Source: Eimeria praecox (Eukaryota). Taken from it: a stretch of 64,000 nt of DNA. Every line of letters starts with the position of its first letter. Position 1 is the first letter of the stretch. A program made the position numbers and the translations under genes. Shown here piece by piece: positions 17,827 to 31,480 of the stretch. The notes under the pieces are model-generated. The model did no database searches, was not told where the DNA came from, and worked only from the letters and a program-made list of their open reading frames with translations. The stretch lies in assembly GCA_963920595.1 (NCBI GenBank), contig OY986949.1:4464001-4528000 (forward strand), in the 5' to 3' direction.

Positions 17827-18798
17827 TTGCTGTTGCTGGTGATGTTGCTGGTGATGTTGTTGTTGTTTTGCTGCTGCTGTTGCTGCTGCTGCTGTTGCTG
17901 CTGCTGCTGTTGCTGCTGCTGTTAGTGCTGCTGCATTTGTTTGTGTCTTTGATATCGCTGCTATTGTTTCGGCACGTGCTACGCGTACCTCTCCTCCCCA
18001 ACACCCTAGGGTTTAGGGTTTAGGGTTTAGGGTTTATACGGGTACAGGAAGGCATTAGATGAGAAGGCGCTTCATCTCCATCGAAGGATAGTAGCATTTA
18101 AAGCAGCAGCAAACGAACTTGAAGATGCAGCAGAAACTGCTGCGATTGCTGAGGTCCTAAACCCTAAACCCTAAACCCTAAACCCTAAACCCCAAACCCT
18201 AAACCCTAAACCCTAAACCCTAAACCCTAAAGTGTTAAGTGTGAGCTCGTGGAACGTTAGATAATAAAATATTGCGGTGATTGCTGCTTGTTACATTTTC
18301 TGTAGAGAAATAAACCCTCAAACAATTAGGGTTTAGGGTTTAGGGTTTAGGGTTTAGGGTTTGGGGTTTAGGGTTTTCTGCAGATTCGTAAGACAGAGAT
18401 AAGTAGAAAAGAATTATTAAATAAACTCAACAAATTAAATGAGAGATTAAGAGCAGCTCTAGAAGAGCAGAGACAAGCCGAGGCACAAACTGATGATACA
18501 GGTTAGGGTTTAGGGTTTAGGGTTTAGGGGTTAGGGTTTAGGGGTTAGGGTTTAGGGTTTAGAAGACACGCGGGAGCGATACGCGCTGGCGTTGTCTCTC
18601 AACAAAACCCTAAACCCTAAACCCTAAACCCTAAAGTATAGATCGTAAACCCTAAGCTCTCCATCCTCCCCCCTAAACCCTAAACCCTAAACCCTAAACC
18701 CTAAACCCTAGTAGGATTGTGTTAGTGTTTGAGGGTTTGTACGTTGTTGTTTTTACTGCGTCTCAGCTTCTGTCTCCTCTCAAAGTAGCGGCTCTTCC

Positions 18799-18830
<32 letters not shown>

Positions 18831-19882
18831 AGCAGCAGCAGCAATCGAGAGTGAACTGATAGATATAGAGCGCAGTTTCAAACAGCAGCAGCAACAGCGT
18901 TTGCTGCTGCTGCTGCAGCAGGAACAAACTCTGTCGGAAGCAACAGCAGCAGCAGCAGCAGCACTTGAAGCAGAAGCAGAAGCAGCAGCAAAGGCAGCAG
19001 CAGACAGAGCAGGAGATATGTTTAGAGAGATAGAAGTACATATTAAAACAGCAGCTAGCCAGCTAGCTGCTGCAGCTAGCCAAGAGATGAATAATTATCT
19101 AACGAATGATGCTGTTGAAGAAACAGATACAAGAACACACTTATACGCGAAAAGGCATACAACCATAAACCCTAAACCCTAAACCCTAAACCCTAAACTA
19201 TAAACAATAAACAATAAACCCTAAACAATAAACAATAAACTATAAACAATAAACAATAAACCCTAAACCCTAAACAATAAACAATAAACTATAAACAATA
19301 AACTATAAACAATAAACAATAAACTATAATCTATAAACCCTAAACCCTAAACCCTAAACCCTAAACCCTAAACAATAAACTATAGGCAATAAACAATAAA
19401 CAATAAACAATAAACAATAAACAATAAACAATAAACCAGAAGCACTAAACCCTAAACCCTAAACACTAAACCCTAAACCCTAAAACCCTAAACCCTAAAC
19501 CCTAAACCCTACACCCTAAAACCCTAAACCCTAAACCCAACAGTCTAAACCCTAAGCACTCTCTCTCTCCACACAAAACCCTAAACCCTAACCCCTAAAC
19601 CCTAAACCCTAACCCTTTGTGTGTGTTTGTTGTAGGGATGAGGTGTTATCTGCTGCTGCTGCATTTGGAGAGCAGCAGCAGCAAGTAGTTCTTGCTGCTG
19701 AAGATGCGCTGCAGCAAAGGCTGCAGCAGCAGCAGCGGCAGTGGTTTGGAGCTGAGAGCAGCAGACAACATCAACGCCGCATGAAAAGAGTGATTGAACT
19801 ACATGATTTAGAGAAGACATTAATGCAGCAAGTAGATACAGCAGCAGCAGCAATTAGATCTGCTGTTGCTGCCACGCGATAA
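15888..19882 (+). CDS. DRC3: Leucine-rich-repeat plus coiled-coil protein, dynein regulatory complex subunit 3 (LRRC48)-like
   Basis: Exons 15888-16305, 16585-17467, 18048-18153, 18384-18501, 18767-19154, 19636-19882. SDS22-type LRRs ([32 protein letters not shown]) and an LRRcap (NPF…[12 protein letters not shown]) are followed by a helical region ending RDEVLSA…AEDALQQR…RRMKRVIEL, reminiscent of the DRC3 C-terminus. The LRR call is firm; the orthology is from recall. Confidence 0.65.
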
Positions 19883-19891
19883 CTACTCCTC

Positions 19892-19927
<36 letters not shown>

Positions 19928-20006
19928 TTGCTGCTGCTGCTGCTGCAGCAGCAGCAGCAAACGATGCAGCTGCTATACCAAAACGACAATACAACAGCAT
20001 TGAATT

Positions 20007-20038
<32 letters not shown>

Positions 20039-20361
20039 TTGCTGCTGTTGCTGCTGCTGCTGCTGTTGCTGCTGTTGCTGCTGCTGCTGTTGCTGCGGCC
20101 TCCCCCCCTTTCATATAAAGATAACAGATCGACACGACAAGCAGCAGCAGCCGCTGCAGCTGCTGCTGCTGCAGCAGCAACAGCAGCAGCAGCTGCTGCT
20201 AATGTTGCTGCTGCTGCTGCTGATGGAGGCGACTGCGCCTATCCACTCAACAAAGAGGCACTGCAGCATCAGCAGCAGCAGCAGCAACCCGCGCTGCTGC
20301 TGCTGCTGCTGCTGCTGCTTCTACCTGTAGCTGCTGCTACAGGTTGCTGCTGCTGCTGCTC

Positions 20362-20737
20362 CTACAGGTTATTGCTGCTGCTCTGCTGCAGGTTCTGCGC
20401 CATTTCGTTTGCTGCTCTCGCAACAATTGCATGCGACTCATACCTAACGCAGCAGCAGCAGCAGCAGCAGCAGCAGCACAGCAGCAGCAGCAGCAGCAAC
20501 AGCAACACAGAGACAGTAGGTAAAGCGCTAGTATCAAGTTTAACAGCAGCAACAACGCAGCAGCAGCAGTATGAGCACCAACAGCAGCACCAACAGCAGC
20601 ACCAACAGCAGCACCAACAGCAGCACCAACAGCAGCACCAACAGCAACAGCACCAACAGCAGCAGCACCAACAGCAGCAGCAACAGCAACAGCACCAACA
20701 GCAGCACCAACAGCAGCAGCACCACCAACAGCAGCAC

Positions 20738-20774
<37 letters not shown>

Positions 20775-21349
20775 TTACATTCTATCCATGCACTTAGCTA
20801 GACAGACTTGATCTCCCTTAGTTAACTCATCACCAAATTTGTTGTTAGACAAACACTTCTCGAAACACGTCTTCTGAACTTGCTGAATATAAACAATAAA
20901 CCCTAAACCCTAAACCCTAAACCCTAAACCCTAAACAATAAACAATAAACAATAAACAATAAACAATAAACAATAAACAATAAACAATAAAAAATAAACC
21001 CTAAACAATAAACCCTAAACAATAGACCCTAAACAATAAACCCTAAACAATAAACCCTAAACCGTAAGCCCTAAACCGTAAGCCCTAAACCCTAAACCCT
21101 AATTTCTAAAGCACTTCTAGAAACAGGTCTTCTGAATTTGATGAACACAAACCCTAAACCCTAGACCCTAAACCCTAAACCCTAAACCCTAAACCCTAAA
21201 TACCCTGATTCTAAGACCTAAACCCTAAACCCTAAACCCTAAACCCTAAACCCTAAACCCTATATCTACCTCATTAAGAACGCTGAGAACCATCAAGCTC
21301 AGCAGCTGCTGTGCATCCTGCAGCGATGCTCCATTATCGTTGCTGCTGC

Positions 21350-21385
<36 letters not shown>

Positions 21386-21392
21386 CAAACAT
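20362..21392 (-). CDS. TIM13: Small Tim chaperone (Tim10/DDP twin CX3C family, Tim13-like), 102 aa
   Basis: Exons 21392-21270, 20882-20779, 20443-20362 with GT-AG boundaries give MFGS…LMVLSVLNE/QVQKTCFEKCLSNNKFGDELTKGDQVCLAKCMDRM/YESHAIVARAANEMAQNL…. The twin CX3C motif is clear; paralogue identity is less sure. Confidence 0.85.
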
Positions 21393-21523
21393 CTTCTGTC
21401 CTTCCTTGCCTGCTACTAAGTCCGTTGGCCCTTACACTGCTGTTGCTGCTGCTGTTGCTGCTGCAGCTATTGCTGCTGCTGCAGTTGCTGCTGCTGCTGT
21501 TGCTGTTGCTATAGCTGCTCTTC

Positions 21524-21556
<33 letters not shown>

Positions 21557-21645
21557 TTGCTGCTGCTCCTAAGCCTGGGGGCTAGAGGACCCTAAGACCA
21601 AAATCTGAAGACAAGGATGTTGTATATTCTTCTATTTGCTGCTAT

Positions 21646-21683
<38 letters not shown>

Positions 21684-22079
21684 CTGTTGCTGCTGCTGTT
21701 GCTGCTGCGGGGGAGCCTTCTGAGCAGACTGCTTGTTGTGTTGAGATAAATTTAATTATTTAAACAACAAAACAAAATAAACAAACATTTACTTTAGTCG
21801 GTACATTAGAATCCTTTGTGGGGCTGCAGCAGCAGCTACTGCTGCTGCTGCTGCAGCTGCTGCTGCAGCAGCAGCAGCAGCAGCTGCTGCGCATGCACGG
21901 AAGACTGTATGTGAATAGCTTATGTGTGTATATATTTAATAATATATATTTATTTATTTTATATTTTTATATTTTATTTTATTTATTGCTGCTGTTGTTG
22001 AAGCCAGTCATAACCATCGAGCGCCCCTGCTAGAGACAACAACACCATACAAGCTACAGCTACTGCTGCTGCAGCTGCT

Positions 22080-22115
<36 letters not shown>

Positions 22116-22341
22116 ACAGCAGTCGATGAAGCACCATAATGTGTAGCAGCTGCAGCTGCAACAGCAGCAGCAGGAGCAGCAGCATTACCACCAGCAGCAG
22201 CAGCATCATTAGGAGCAGCAGCAGCAGCAGCAGCAGCAGCATTAAGAGCAGCAGCAGCAGCAGCAGCAGCATTAAGAGCAGCAGCAGCAGCAGCAGCAGC
22301 ATTAAGAGCAGCAGCAGCAGCAGCAGCAGCAAGAGCTACAT

Positions 22342-22407
22342 GTGTTCGTGATGGAGTTTCCTGCTTGCCGAACGCCCGAGTGGCTTCGGGCGGCTTTTGA
22401 CGGCCCT

Positions 22408-22470
<63 letters not shown>

Positions 22471-22603
22471 GCAGCAGCAGCAGCAGCAGCAGGACGTCTT
22501 CGTTGTCCTGATTTTGTGTTTAAAGATTTGATATTTACACCGCGCTTGCTGCTGTCAACAGCCAGCAGCACAACAGCAACACCTTCACGGTCTCTATCAA
22601 ACC

Positions 22604-22648
<45 letters not shown>

Positions 22649-22809
22649 GCAGCAGGAGCTTGTATGAGCAGCGAGCAGCAGCTGTTAGTAACAGTATTCG
22701 AGAGGCATTGTTTAGACAAACATTATTTAAAATACAAAATGTTGAAGTACAAACAATGAAAAGATGCAGAGATCCCCGCATTCTTGCTGCTGCTACAATC
22801 CTGTATGAC

Positions 22810-22855
<46 letters not shown>

Positions 22856-22976
22856 TGCAGCAGCTACAGCAGCAGATACAGCAAACAGCAGCAGAAGCAG
22901 AAACAGCAGACTCACTTGTAGCGCGCATCAAAGCAAAATTCAAAACATTCCTGCTGCAGCTACGCACCAACAACAT

Positions 22977-23016
<40 letters not shown>

Positions 23017-23196
23017 TTGGGAGTGCTGCTAAGGAAGGAGGAATGGATTGTACAGCGCTGCAGCAGCACGAGGATATATGAGGTGTCTGTACACCGTGAT
23101 GATAACGATTTTTATAGTATTACTCTAAACCCTAAATATATAACAGACAAAATCAGAAACAAATGGTTTGAGATTGCTGACGTTAATGACGATTAA
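22342..23196 (+). CDS. Hypothetical protein (copy 2 of 10727-11584)
   Basis: Near-identical translation, differing mainly in homopolymer tracts. Confidence 0.7.
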
Positions 23197-23765
23197 ATGC
23201 TGCTGCTGCTGCTGTTGCTGCTGTTGCTGCTGCTGTTGCTGCTGCTGCAGTTGTTGCTGCTGCTGCTCCTCTGTTTACAGTCTACAGGCTGCGGCGGCGG
23301 CGGCGGCATTTAACAGCTGCAGCTGCTGCAGCTGTGACGCCACGTTGCAGCAGCAACAACTGCAGCAGCAGCAACTGCAGCAGCAGCAACTGCAGCAGCA
23401 GCAACTGCAGCAGCAGCACCGCTACAGCGCAGCTGCAGGGTAATATCACCGGACTGCAGCAGCAGCAGCAGCAGTTTGTGTATATTATTATTATATTATC
23501 ATTGTAAAATAATTAGATATTTGTAAATAAATAAATAAATAAATAAATAAGCAAATAAATAAAAATAATATTTAATTATTTAATTAGAGATGAAAAGTAA
23601 ACAAATATTTTATTTATTTTTAATTTTTTGTTTGTATTTTGTTATCCTTCGATCTCAAACAATTTCTAAAATAAATTAATTAATTAAATTAAATTAAATA
23701 AATTAAATTAAATTAATTAAATTAAATTAAATTAAATTAAATTAATTAAATTAATTAAATTAAAT

Positions 23766-23847
23766 AGAAGGTAGAGTTGAGATAGATGAGGACGCCACCT
23801 CATCTCCTCCTCCTTCGAAGCAGGAGGTCGCGGGTTCGATTCCCAGC
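23766..23847 (+). pseudogene. tRNA-like remnant (copy 2)
   Basis: ccttcgaagcaggaggtcgcgggttcgattcccagc; there is one extra T-stem substitution relative to copy 1. Confidence 0.55.
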
Positions 23848-23947
23848 AAATTAATATTTAAAATAAATAAACAAATACAAAACAAATTAACAGCAGCAGC
23901 AGCAGCGGCTGCTGTTTAACAACAACAACAGCAGCAGCAGCAGCAGC

Positions 23948-23979
<32 letters not shown>

Positions 23980-24186
23980 TTGCTTCTAGCAAGAGAAAAA
24001 TGAGCAGAGCAAACTAAATGCGTAATAAGCAACAGCAGGTGCAACAGCAGCAAAAACTGCTGCTGCTGCTGCTGCTGCAGCAAACTGCTGCTGCAGCAAA
24101 CTGCTGCTGCTGCTGCTGCTGCAGCAAACTGCTGCTGCTGCTGCTGCAGCAGCAGCAGCAGCAGTTTTCGAATCATCTGTTGTATT

Positions 24187-24254
24187 CTACGCCTCCATTG
24201 CTTGGCTACTATCCTGCTGCTGCTGTTGCTGCTGCTGTTGCTGCTGCTTCATCT

Positions 24255-24288
<34 letters not shown>

Positions 24289-26015
24289 AGGAGGAGGAGG
24301 AGGAGGAGGCTCGTCTGCATGTGTATGTGTTTGTGTATGTCTACTGGAATAATTATTATTAATATTATTAATATTCGCTGCGAGTTTAATATTATATTTT
24401 TTAAAATGTTTAACAAACATCTCTCCCGCTCTATAACTACTTCTAACTAGTGGTCCCGAAGCAACGTATTTGAATCCTAAATTTAATGCGATATGTTTAT
24501 ATTTTTCAAATAAATTAGGGGGAATAAATTTAATTATATTTAATTGTTGTTTACTGGGTTGTAGATATTGTCCTAATGTAAGAATATCAACATCAGCATT
24601 ATATTTTATATCTTGCATTGTTTCAACAACTTCTTCTTCTGTTTCCCCTAATCCTAACATTAATGATGTTTTCGTTAATATATTATCTTTCTTCTGTTTT
24701 ACTAATTTCAAAACATTTATGGACTGATCATACTTTGCACGTTTATCTCGAACGTGTGGGGTTAGGCGTCGCACTGTCTCTACATTATGTGCGTATACAT
24801 CTAAACCACTCGATAACACTGTTTCTACACTCTTCAAACATACACACACACACACACACACACAAACCCTAATATACCCTAAACCATAAACCCTAAACCC
24901 TAGATCCGGAAACCCTAAACCCTAACACGTTTAAATACGAAGACACGAAACGCTAGATGCACCAATTTATGAATATACACACATTGACGGTTTACGAGAG
25001 GTGGGGGGGTTAGGGTTTATTATTAGGGTTTATTATTAGGGTTTATGATTAGGGTTTATTGTTAGGGTTTAGTATCAGTGTTAGGGTTTATGATTAGGGT
25101 TTATGACTAGGGTTTAGTATTAGGGTTTAGTATTAGGGTTTATTACTAGGGTTTATTATTAGGGTTTAGTATTAGGGTTTATGACTAGGGTTTATTATTA
25201 GGGTTTATTACTAGGGTTTATTATTAGGGTTTATTACTAGGGTTTATTATTAGGGTTCATTATCAGCGTTAGGGTTTAGTACTAGGGTTTAGTACTAGGG
25301 TTTAGTATTAGGGTTTAGTATTAGGGTTTAGTATTAGGGTTTAGTATTAGGGTTTAAGATTAGGGTTTAAGATTAGGGTTTACTTTTGGGGTTTCTACTA
25401 GGGTTTACTAGTAGGGTTTAGTGTTTAGGTTTTACTATAAGTGTTTCCTACTAGGGTTTACAACTAGGGTTTAGGGTTTAGGGCTTAATATTAGGGTTTA
25501 ATATTAGGGTTTAATATTAGGGTTTAGTATTAGGATTTCCAACTAGGGTTTGCTAGGGTTTAGGGTTTAGTATTAGGGTTTACAACTAGGGTTTGCTAGG
25601 GTTTAGGGTTCAGTATAAGGGTTTCCAACTAGGGTTTAGGGTTTAGCATTACGGTTTAGGGTTTAGGGTTTAGTATAAGGGTTTCCAACTAGGGTTTGCT
25701 AGGGTTTAGGGTTTAGGGTTTAGTATAAGGGTTTCCAACTAGGGTTTGCTAGGGTTTAGGGTTTAGTATAAGGGTTTCCAACTAGGGTTTGCTAGGGTTT
25801 AGGGTTTAGGGTTTAGGGTTTATCTAACTTCCTCAGATCCCTGAAAATCGGATACAAGACATTCAACTAATATTTGGGGTTTTTTCTTCTTTATTAATTT
25901 GACTGTATCAGCAAAGTGTTGAGCCCCTCCATCAGGCAGATCGTCCCTAAACCACAAACCCTAAACCCTAAACCCTAAACCCTAAACCCTAAACCCTAAA
26001 TCCTATTGTGTGGGT

Positions 26016-26064
<49 letters not shown>

Positions 26065-27107
26065 CCAACGTATCAGGTATGAGCATGTAGGGTTTACAAC
26101 TAGGGTTTAGAACTAGGGTTTAGGGTTTAGGGTTTACCTGTCTACACTAGTTAATACAACATAGTCTATATCCCATTTAGCAACAGCCTCAGCAACCTTC
26201 TGGGGTTCTTCAGGATCAGGGGGAGGGGGTTTAGCTGATGTCTTGATAGCACAAAACCTGTTAACAAACCCTAAACCCTAAACCCTAAACCCTAAACCCT
26301 AAACCCTAAACCCTATGTCTCTATCAATCCCCGTCAACCTAAACCCTAACTTCGTTCAATACAAAACTTAAACAAATAAAAACAAACACAAAAACATCCT
26401 TATGTAAACTTGTTTTAAAAATTAAGATTTAGGGTCTAGGGTTTAGGGTTTAGGGTTTAGGGTTTAGGGTTTAGGGTTTGGGGTGTACCGACAGCCTCTC
26501 GTGCAAGTATCTCCTAACAACATCAATGTGGCGGTGCCTCCTTCCCAGCATTCTCCTATATTAGGGCATTTTGCTTCCTCACAAACCTGCAGTCAAACCC
26601 TAAACCCTAAACCCTAAACCCTAAACCCTATAAACCCTATAAACCCTATAGACCCTATATAAACCCTATAAACCCTATAAGCTCTATAAACCCTAGATCG
26701 CACAATCTAAGCGATAAATAACTCACACCAGCTAACATATTAGAATCTAGGGTTTAGGGTTTAGGGTTTAGGGTTTAGGGTTTAGGGTTTAGGGTTTACA
26801 GTGTGGAGGTTCAGGCCTCGAATTTGCTGCTGCAGCGAAGCAAATCTTGAGCCTCGGCCTTTCGGTGCGGGGACATGAAACCACCCTGGCCGAGGGCCTA
26901 CTGTTGACGGCCCCACACGTGGTATTTGGGGTGTATCGACACCTTCTGCTGCTGCTGCTGCTGCTGATTCTGCTGCTGCTGTTGCTGCTGTTTCTGCGGA
27001 TGCTGCTTCATCCTTCCTCCTCCTGCTGCTGCTGCTGCTGCTGCAGCAACTCACACTATCTGTCGAGCCGCCTGTGAAGCAGCAGTTGCCGAACAGACGA
27101 CTTCGTC

Positions 27108-27144
<37 letters not shown>

Positions 27145-27295
27145 TGCTGCTGTTGCTGCTGCTGTTGCTGGGGCTTCTGCTGCAGATGTTTGCTGCTGCT
27201 GCTGCTGCACTCGCCGATGCAGCAACTTGCTGCTGCTCCTCGGCTGTGTGGGGTCAGCAGCAACGAAAGCAGCTATCTGCTGCTGTCGCAGCTCA

Positions 27296-27339
<44 letters not shown>

Positions 27340-27446
27340 AGGCTGTGTGTGTGGTGTCTGTGAAACAGCCGATAGACACGGAGCCCCTACTTGCTGCTGC
27401 AGCGAGATCGCAGCTACTGTGTGAGTTAGATGCAGCAGCAGCAGTT

Positions 27447-27477
<31 letters not shown>

Positions 27478-27660
27478 ATGAGGGCCCCCCCGCTGCAGTC
27501 GCAGCAGTGTGTATGGGGCTGCTGCAGCTTGTCTGCTGCAGCAGCAGACTGCAGCAGATCTCGAGTAGCACGACTCGTTGCTGCTACTGTTGCTGCTGTT
27601 GCTGCTGCTGTTGCTGGTGTCGCTGCTGCTGCAGCAAAGAGACAGGATGACAGCGGTCAT
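24187..27660 (-). CDS. lipA: Lipoyl synthase (copy 2)
   Basis: Exons 27660-26800, 26586-26489, 26257-26138, 25946-25829, 24831-24187. Internal exon lengths (98/120/118) equal copy 1 and all Cys motifs are intact. Confidence 0.97.
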
Positions 27661-27697
27661 TCTAGTAGAACACCTCCTCGACTCCTGCTGCTGCTCT

Positions 27698-27733
<36 letters not shown>

Positions 27734-27891
27734 AGCTGCCGGAGAACCCCCTGTGCTGCAGCAGCTGAGCATCCCTGTACACTACGATTTCTTCTTTATG
27801 TTATTTCTAAACAAATTTAATTAAAGAAGAGAAGGAGCTGCTGCTGCTGCTGCTGTCGCAGCAGCAGCAGCAGCCGCCGCCGCCGCCGTAG

Positions 27892-27958
<67 letters not shown>

Positions 27959-28154
27959 TAGGATCGGTCACTCGACGGCTCTGCTGCAGCCAGGGGCAGC
28001 GGGGGGCCCGCTGCTGCAGCTGCTGCCTCTCACAGCAACAGCAGCAAATAAATTTTGTATTTATTTATTTATTAAATAAAACAAAGAAACAGACAAAGAT
28101 TAATATCATATCTACCTACAGTGGGAGGGAGAACAGCTGCTGCAGCAGCAACGA

Positions 28155-28190
<36 letters not shown>

Positions 28191-28519
28191 TCCGTGCAGC
28201 AGCAGCAGCAGCAGCAGCAGCAGCGGCTGCAGGCCACTGATGAAGGATATAAATTGTTGTTAGCAGCAAAGTTTACGATCCCAGCAGGTTCAGGAGCAGC
28301 AGCAGCAACAGCAGCAGCAGCAACAGCAGCAGCAGCAACAGCAGCAGCAGCAACAGCAACCGGCATCCTGCAGCAGGAGCCCGTAGCAAGGGAAGTAGCA
28401 GCAGCACCAACAGCAGCAGCAGCAGCAGTAGCAGCAGCAGCAATAACAGCACTTGCTGCAGCAGTAGCAGCAGCTGCAGCACGAGCAGCAGCACAATAGG
28501 AGGCGGCTGCAGCAGCAAG

Positions 28520-28620
28520 ATGTGTCGATTCCCGCAGCGTTGGTTGCTGCTGGGATCGTGGTTGCTGCTGCTGCTGCTGCTGTTGCTGCTGCAGCAGCAG
28601 CAGCAGCCTGCAGCAGCAGA

Positions 28621-28653
<33 letters not shown>

Positions 28654-28719
28654 GGAAGAGAACGATGGAGACATACCGTTTATCAACGATGAATGGGGCT
28701 CTGCAACATCAACAAGTGC

Positions 28720-28753
<34 letters not shown>

Positions 28754-28871
28754 GCAGCACAATCTTCTCTGATCTCACCCCTAACAGAAGCAGCAGCAAA
28801 TGCTGCTGCTGCTGCTGCTGCTGCAGATGCTGCTGCATCACCAGGGGCCTCACCTAACAACGCTAGGAGTC

Positions 28872-28916
<45 letters not shown>

Positions 28917-28978
28917 CGCAGAGCACACAAGAAGGAAGATCAGCCCTCCCTAGCAGCAGCAGCAGCAGCAGCAGCAGC

Positions 28979-29010
<32 letters not shown>

Positions 29011-29332
29011 GACAACTAGTTGGAGTCCCCACAGTCTGCGGGTGACAGCAGCAGCAGCACTAAAGCTGCAAGAAGGAGACACAGCAATAACAGAGAAGCA
29101 AGTACAGAAGCTACGGAAGCAGAAGAAGCAGCAGCAGCTGCAGCGAGAGAATCTGGCGCTGCAGCAGCAGCAGCAGCAAGCAGCAACTCGATATCCCTCG
29201 GATATAGAAGTAGCTGAGAGGGATGTTGTTATATATACGCCAAACAAAATTAAAAAAACAATCAAAACAATTATTTATTTCCTGACTAACGGAGGGAAGC
29301 TACCTGAAGAAGGATATCTAGATGATGCATAG
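28520..29332 (+). CDS. Hypothetical protein (copy 2 of 3637-4419)
   Basis: 270-aa ORF with the same unique segments. Confidence 0.55.
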
Positions 29333-29343
29333 ACACACCATTC

Positions 29344-29380
<37 letters not shown>

Positions 29381-30374
29381 AGCAGCAGCAGCAGCTGATA
29401 CAGCAGCAGCAGCAGCAGCAGATACAGCAGCAGGTGTACAGCAGCTGCTGCAGCAACAGCAGCAGCGGCAGCAATGCTGCAGCAACAGCAACAGAAGATA
29501 CAGTATCAGCTGCAACAGCTGCAGCAGCAACAGCTGCAGCAGCAACAGCTGCAGCAGCAACAACTGCAGCAGCAACGGCTGCAGCGGCAGCAGCAACAGC
29601 AGCTGCAGAGGCAGCAGCAACAGCAGCTGCAGCAGCAACAGCAGCGGCAGCAACAACAGCTGCAGCGGCAGCAGCAACAGCTGCAGCGGCAGCAGCAACA
29701 GCTGCAGCGGCAGCAGCAACAGCTGCAGCGGCAGCTGCAGCAGCAAGAGCCGCAGCAGATACAGTAGGAGCTGCTTCAATAACAGAAACAGTAGCAGCTG
29801 CAGCAACAGCAGCACAACGTTTTGCTGTTGCAGCAGCAAGTGCAGCAGCACCATATGCTGCCGCTGCTGCAGTGGCAGCAGATGCTGCAGCAGATGCTGC
29901 AGCAGTCAGCACTATTCCTAAGCTAACACAGCAGCAGCAGCAGCAGCAGCAAATGCTGCTGCTGCTGCTGCTGCTGTGGTAGAGGGATATGGCAGCAAGT
30001 TAGTTTCCCCGCAGGGGTGCTGTCTTTGATACGAGGCAGCAGCAGCAGCAGCAGTTGCTGCTGCTGCTGCTGCAGTTGCTGCTGCTGCTGCTGCAGTTGC
30101 TGCTGCTGCTGCTGCAGCAGTTGCTGCTGGTGCTTCTGTTGCTGCTGCAGCTGTAGCAGGGGAGAGGCATAAGCATTCTCGCTGTTTTCTAAACCCTAGC
30201 CATCTACTTTTCTATGAGCGCTAAACCCTAAACCCTAAACCCTAAACCCTAAACCCTAAACCCTAAACCCTAAACCCTAGACGACTTAAGGTAAGCATAG
30301 CAAACCCTCATCAGTCCCCACGACAGCAGCAGAGCTGCAGAAGCTGTTGCTCTTTCAGATGGCCCTGAAGGGCT

Positions 30375-30425
<51 letters not shown>

Positions 30426-30427
<2 letters not shown>

Positions 30428-30777
30428 AGACAACAGCCCTCGGGATCGCACCAGCAGCAGCACAGCTGAAGCTGCTGCGGCGCGATATTGCTGCAGAAGG
30501 CGAGTACGTACTAAAGCTGCGAGGTGTACATACACCTGAGAAAGACTGCAGCAGTAGCTGCTGCTGCTGCTGCTGCTGCATTCTCCTTCGCCTCTCTGCT
30601 GCAGCAGCAGAGGCATCAAGCCGCCAGCTTGCTGCTGTCAGTGCATGCAGCTGCAGCTGCTGCTGCGGCAAACTGCGGTGTATATACACCTCAAGCAGTT
30701 GACGCAAATACAACAATCGTAAGCCGTACACACCGCCAGGCGGCAGCTCCCGAGCGCAGTGCCCGCTGCAGCACAAA

Positions 30778-30832
<55 letters not shown>

Positions 30833-31445
30833 AGCAGCAGCAGCAACTCGTACACATCGAAGAGCATCTCTGCTGCTGCTGCAGCAGCAGAAACAGCACG
30901 AAAAAATGCTACAGATATAACAACAGCAGCAGCAGCAGCAGCACGTAACACAGCAGCAGCAGCAGCAGCACACGCCACACCAGCAACAGCAGCAGCAACA
31001 GCAGCAACAGCAGCAGCAGATGGTCTTACGTGAAGAATCCCTCAATAGTAAATAGGAGAACTATGCCGATGCTGTCGACTGTAAACTGCTGCTGCTGTTG
31101 CAGCTGCTGCTGCTGCTGCTGCAGCCGCAGCAACTGCTGCAGCCTCTTCTTCCCGTCTGCTGCCAGCTGCTGCAGCTGTCTGCTGCACGCTGCTGCTGCT
31201 GCTGCTGCAGCAGCAGCAGCAGCAGGCACTTCGGAATCCTTAAGATGAGCAGCAGCAGCTTCGATTTGTTGCTGCTGCTCTTGCTGCTGCTGCTCTTCCT
31301 GCTGCTGCTGCTGCTCTTCCTGCTGCTGCTGCTGCTCTTCCTGCTGCTGCTGCTGTTCCGCTGCAGCATCTTCAGCGCTCGTCAGCGGCAGCAGCACAGT
31401 CATCCGAAGCTGCAGCTCCCACTGATTGCTAGCTTCTATCGACTG

Positions 31446-31480
<35 letters not shown>

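Noticed and set aside
19925..20797. 290-aa plus-strand ORF with HQQQ repeats
   Set aside because: Antisense to the Tim13-like gene; the HQQQ-coding repeat is in its intron 2.
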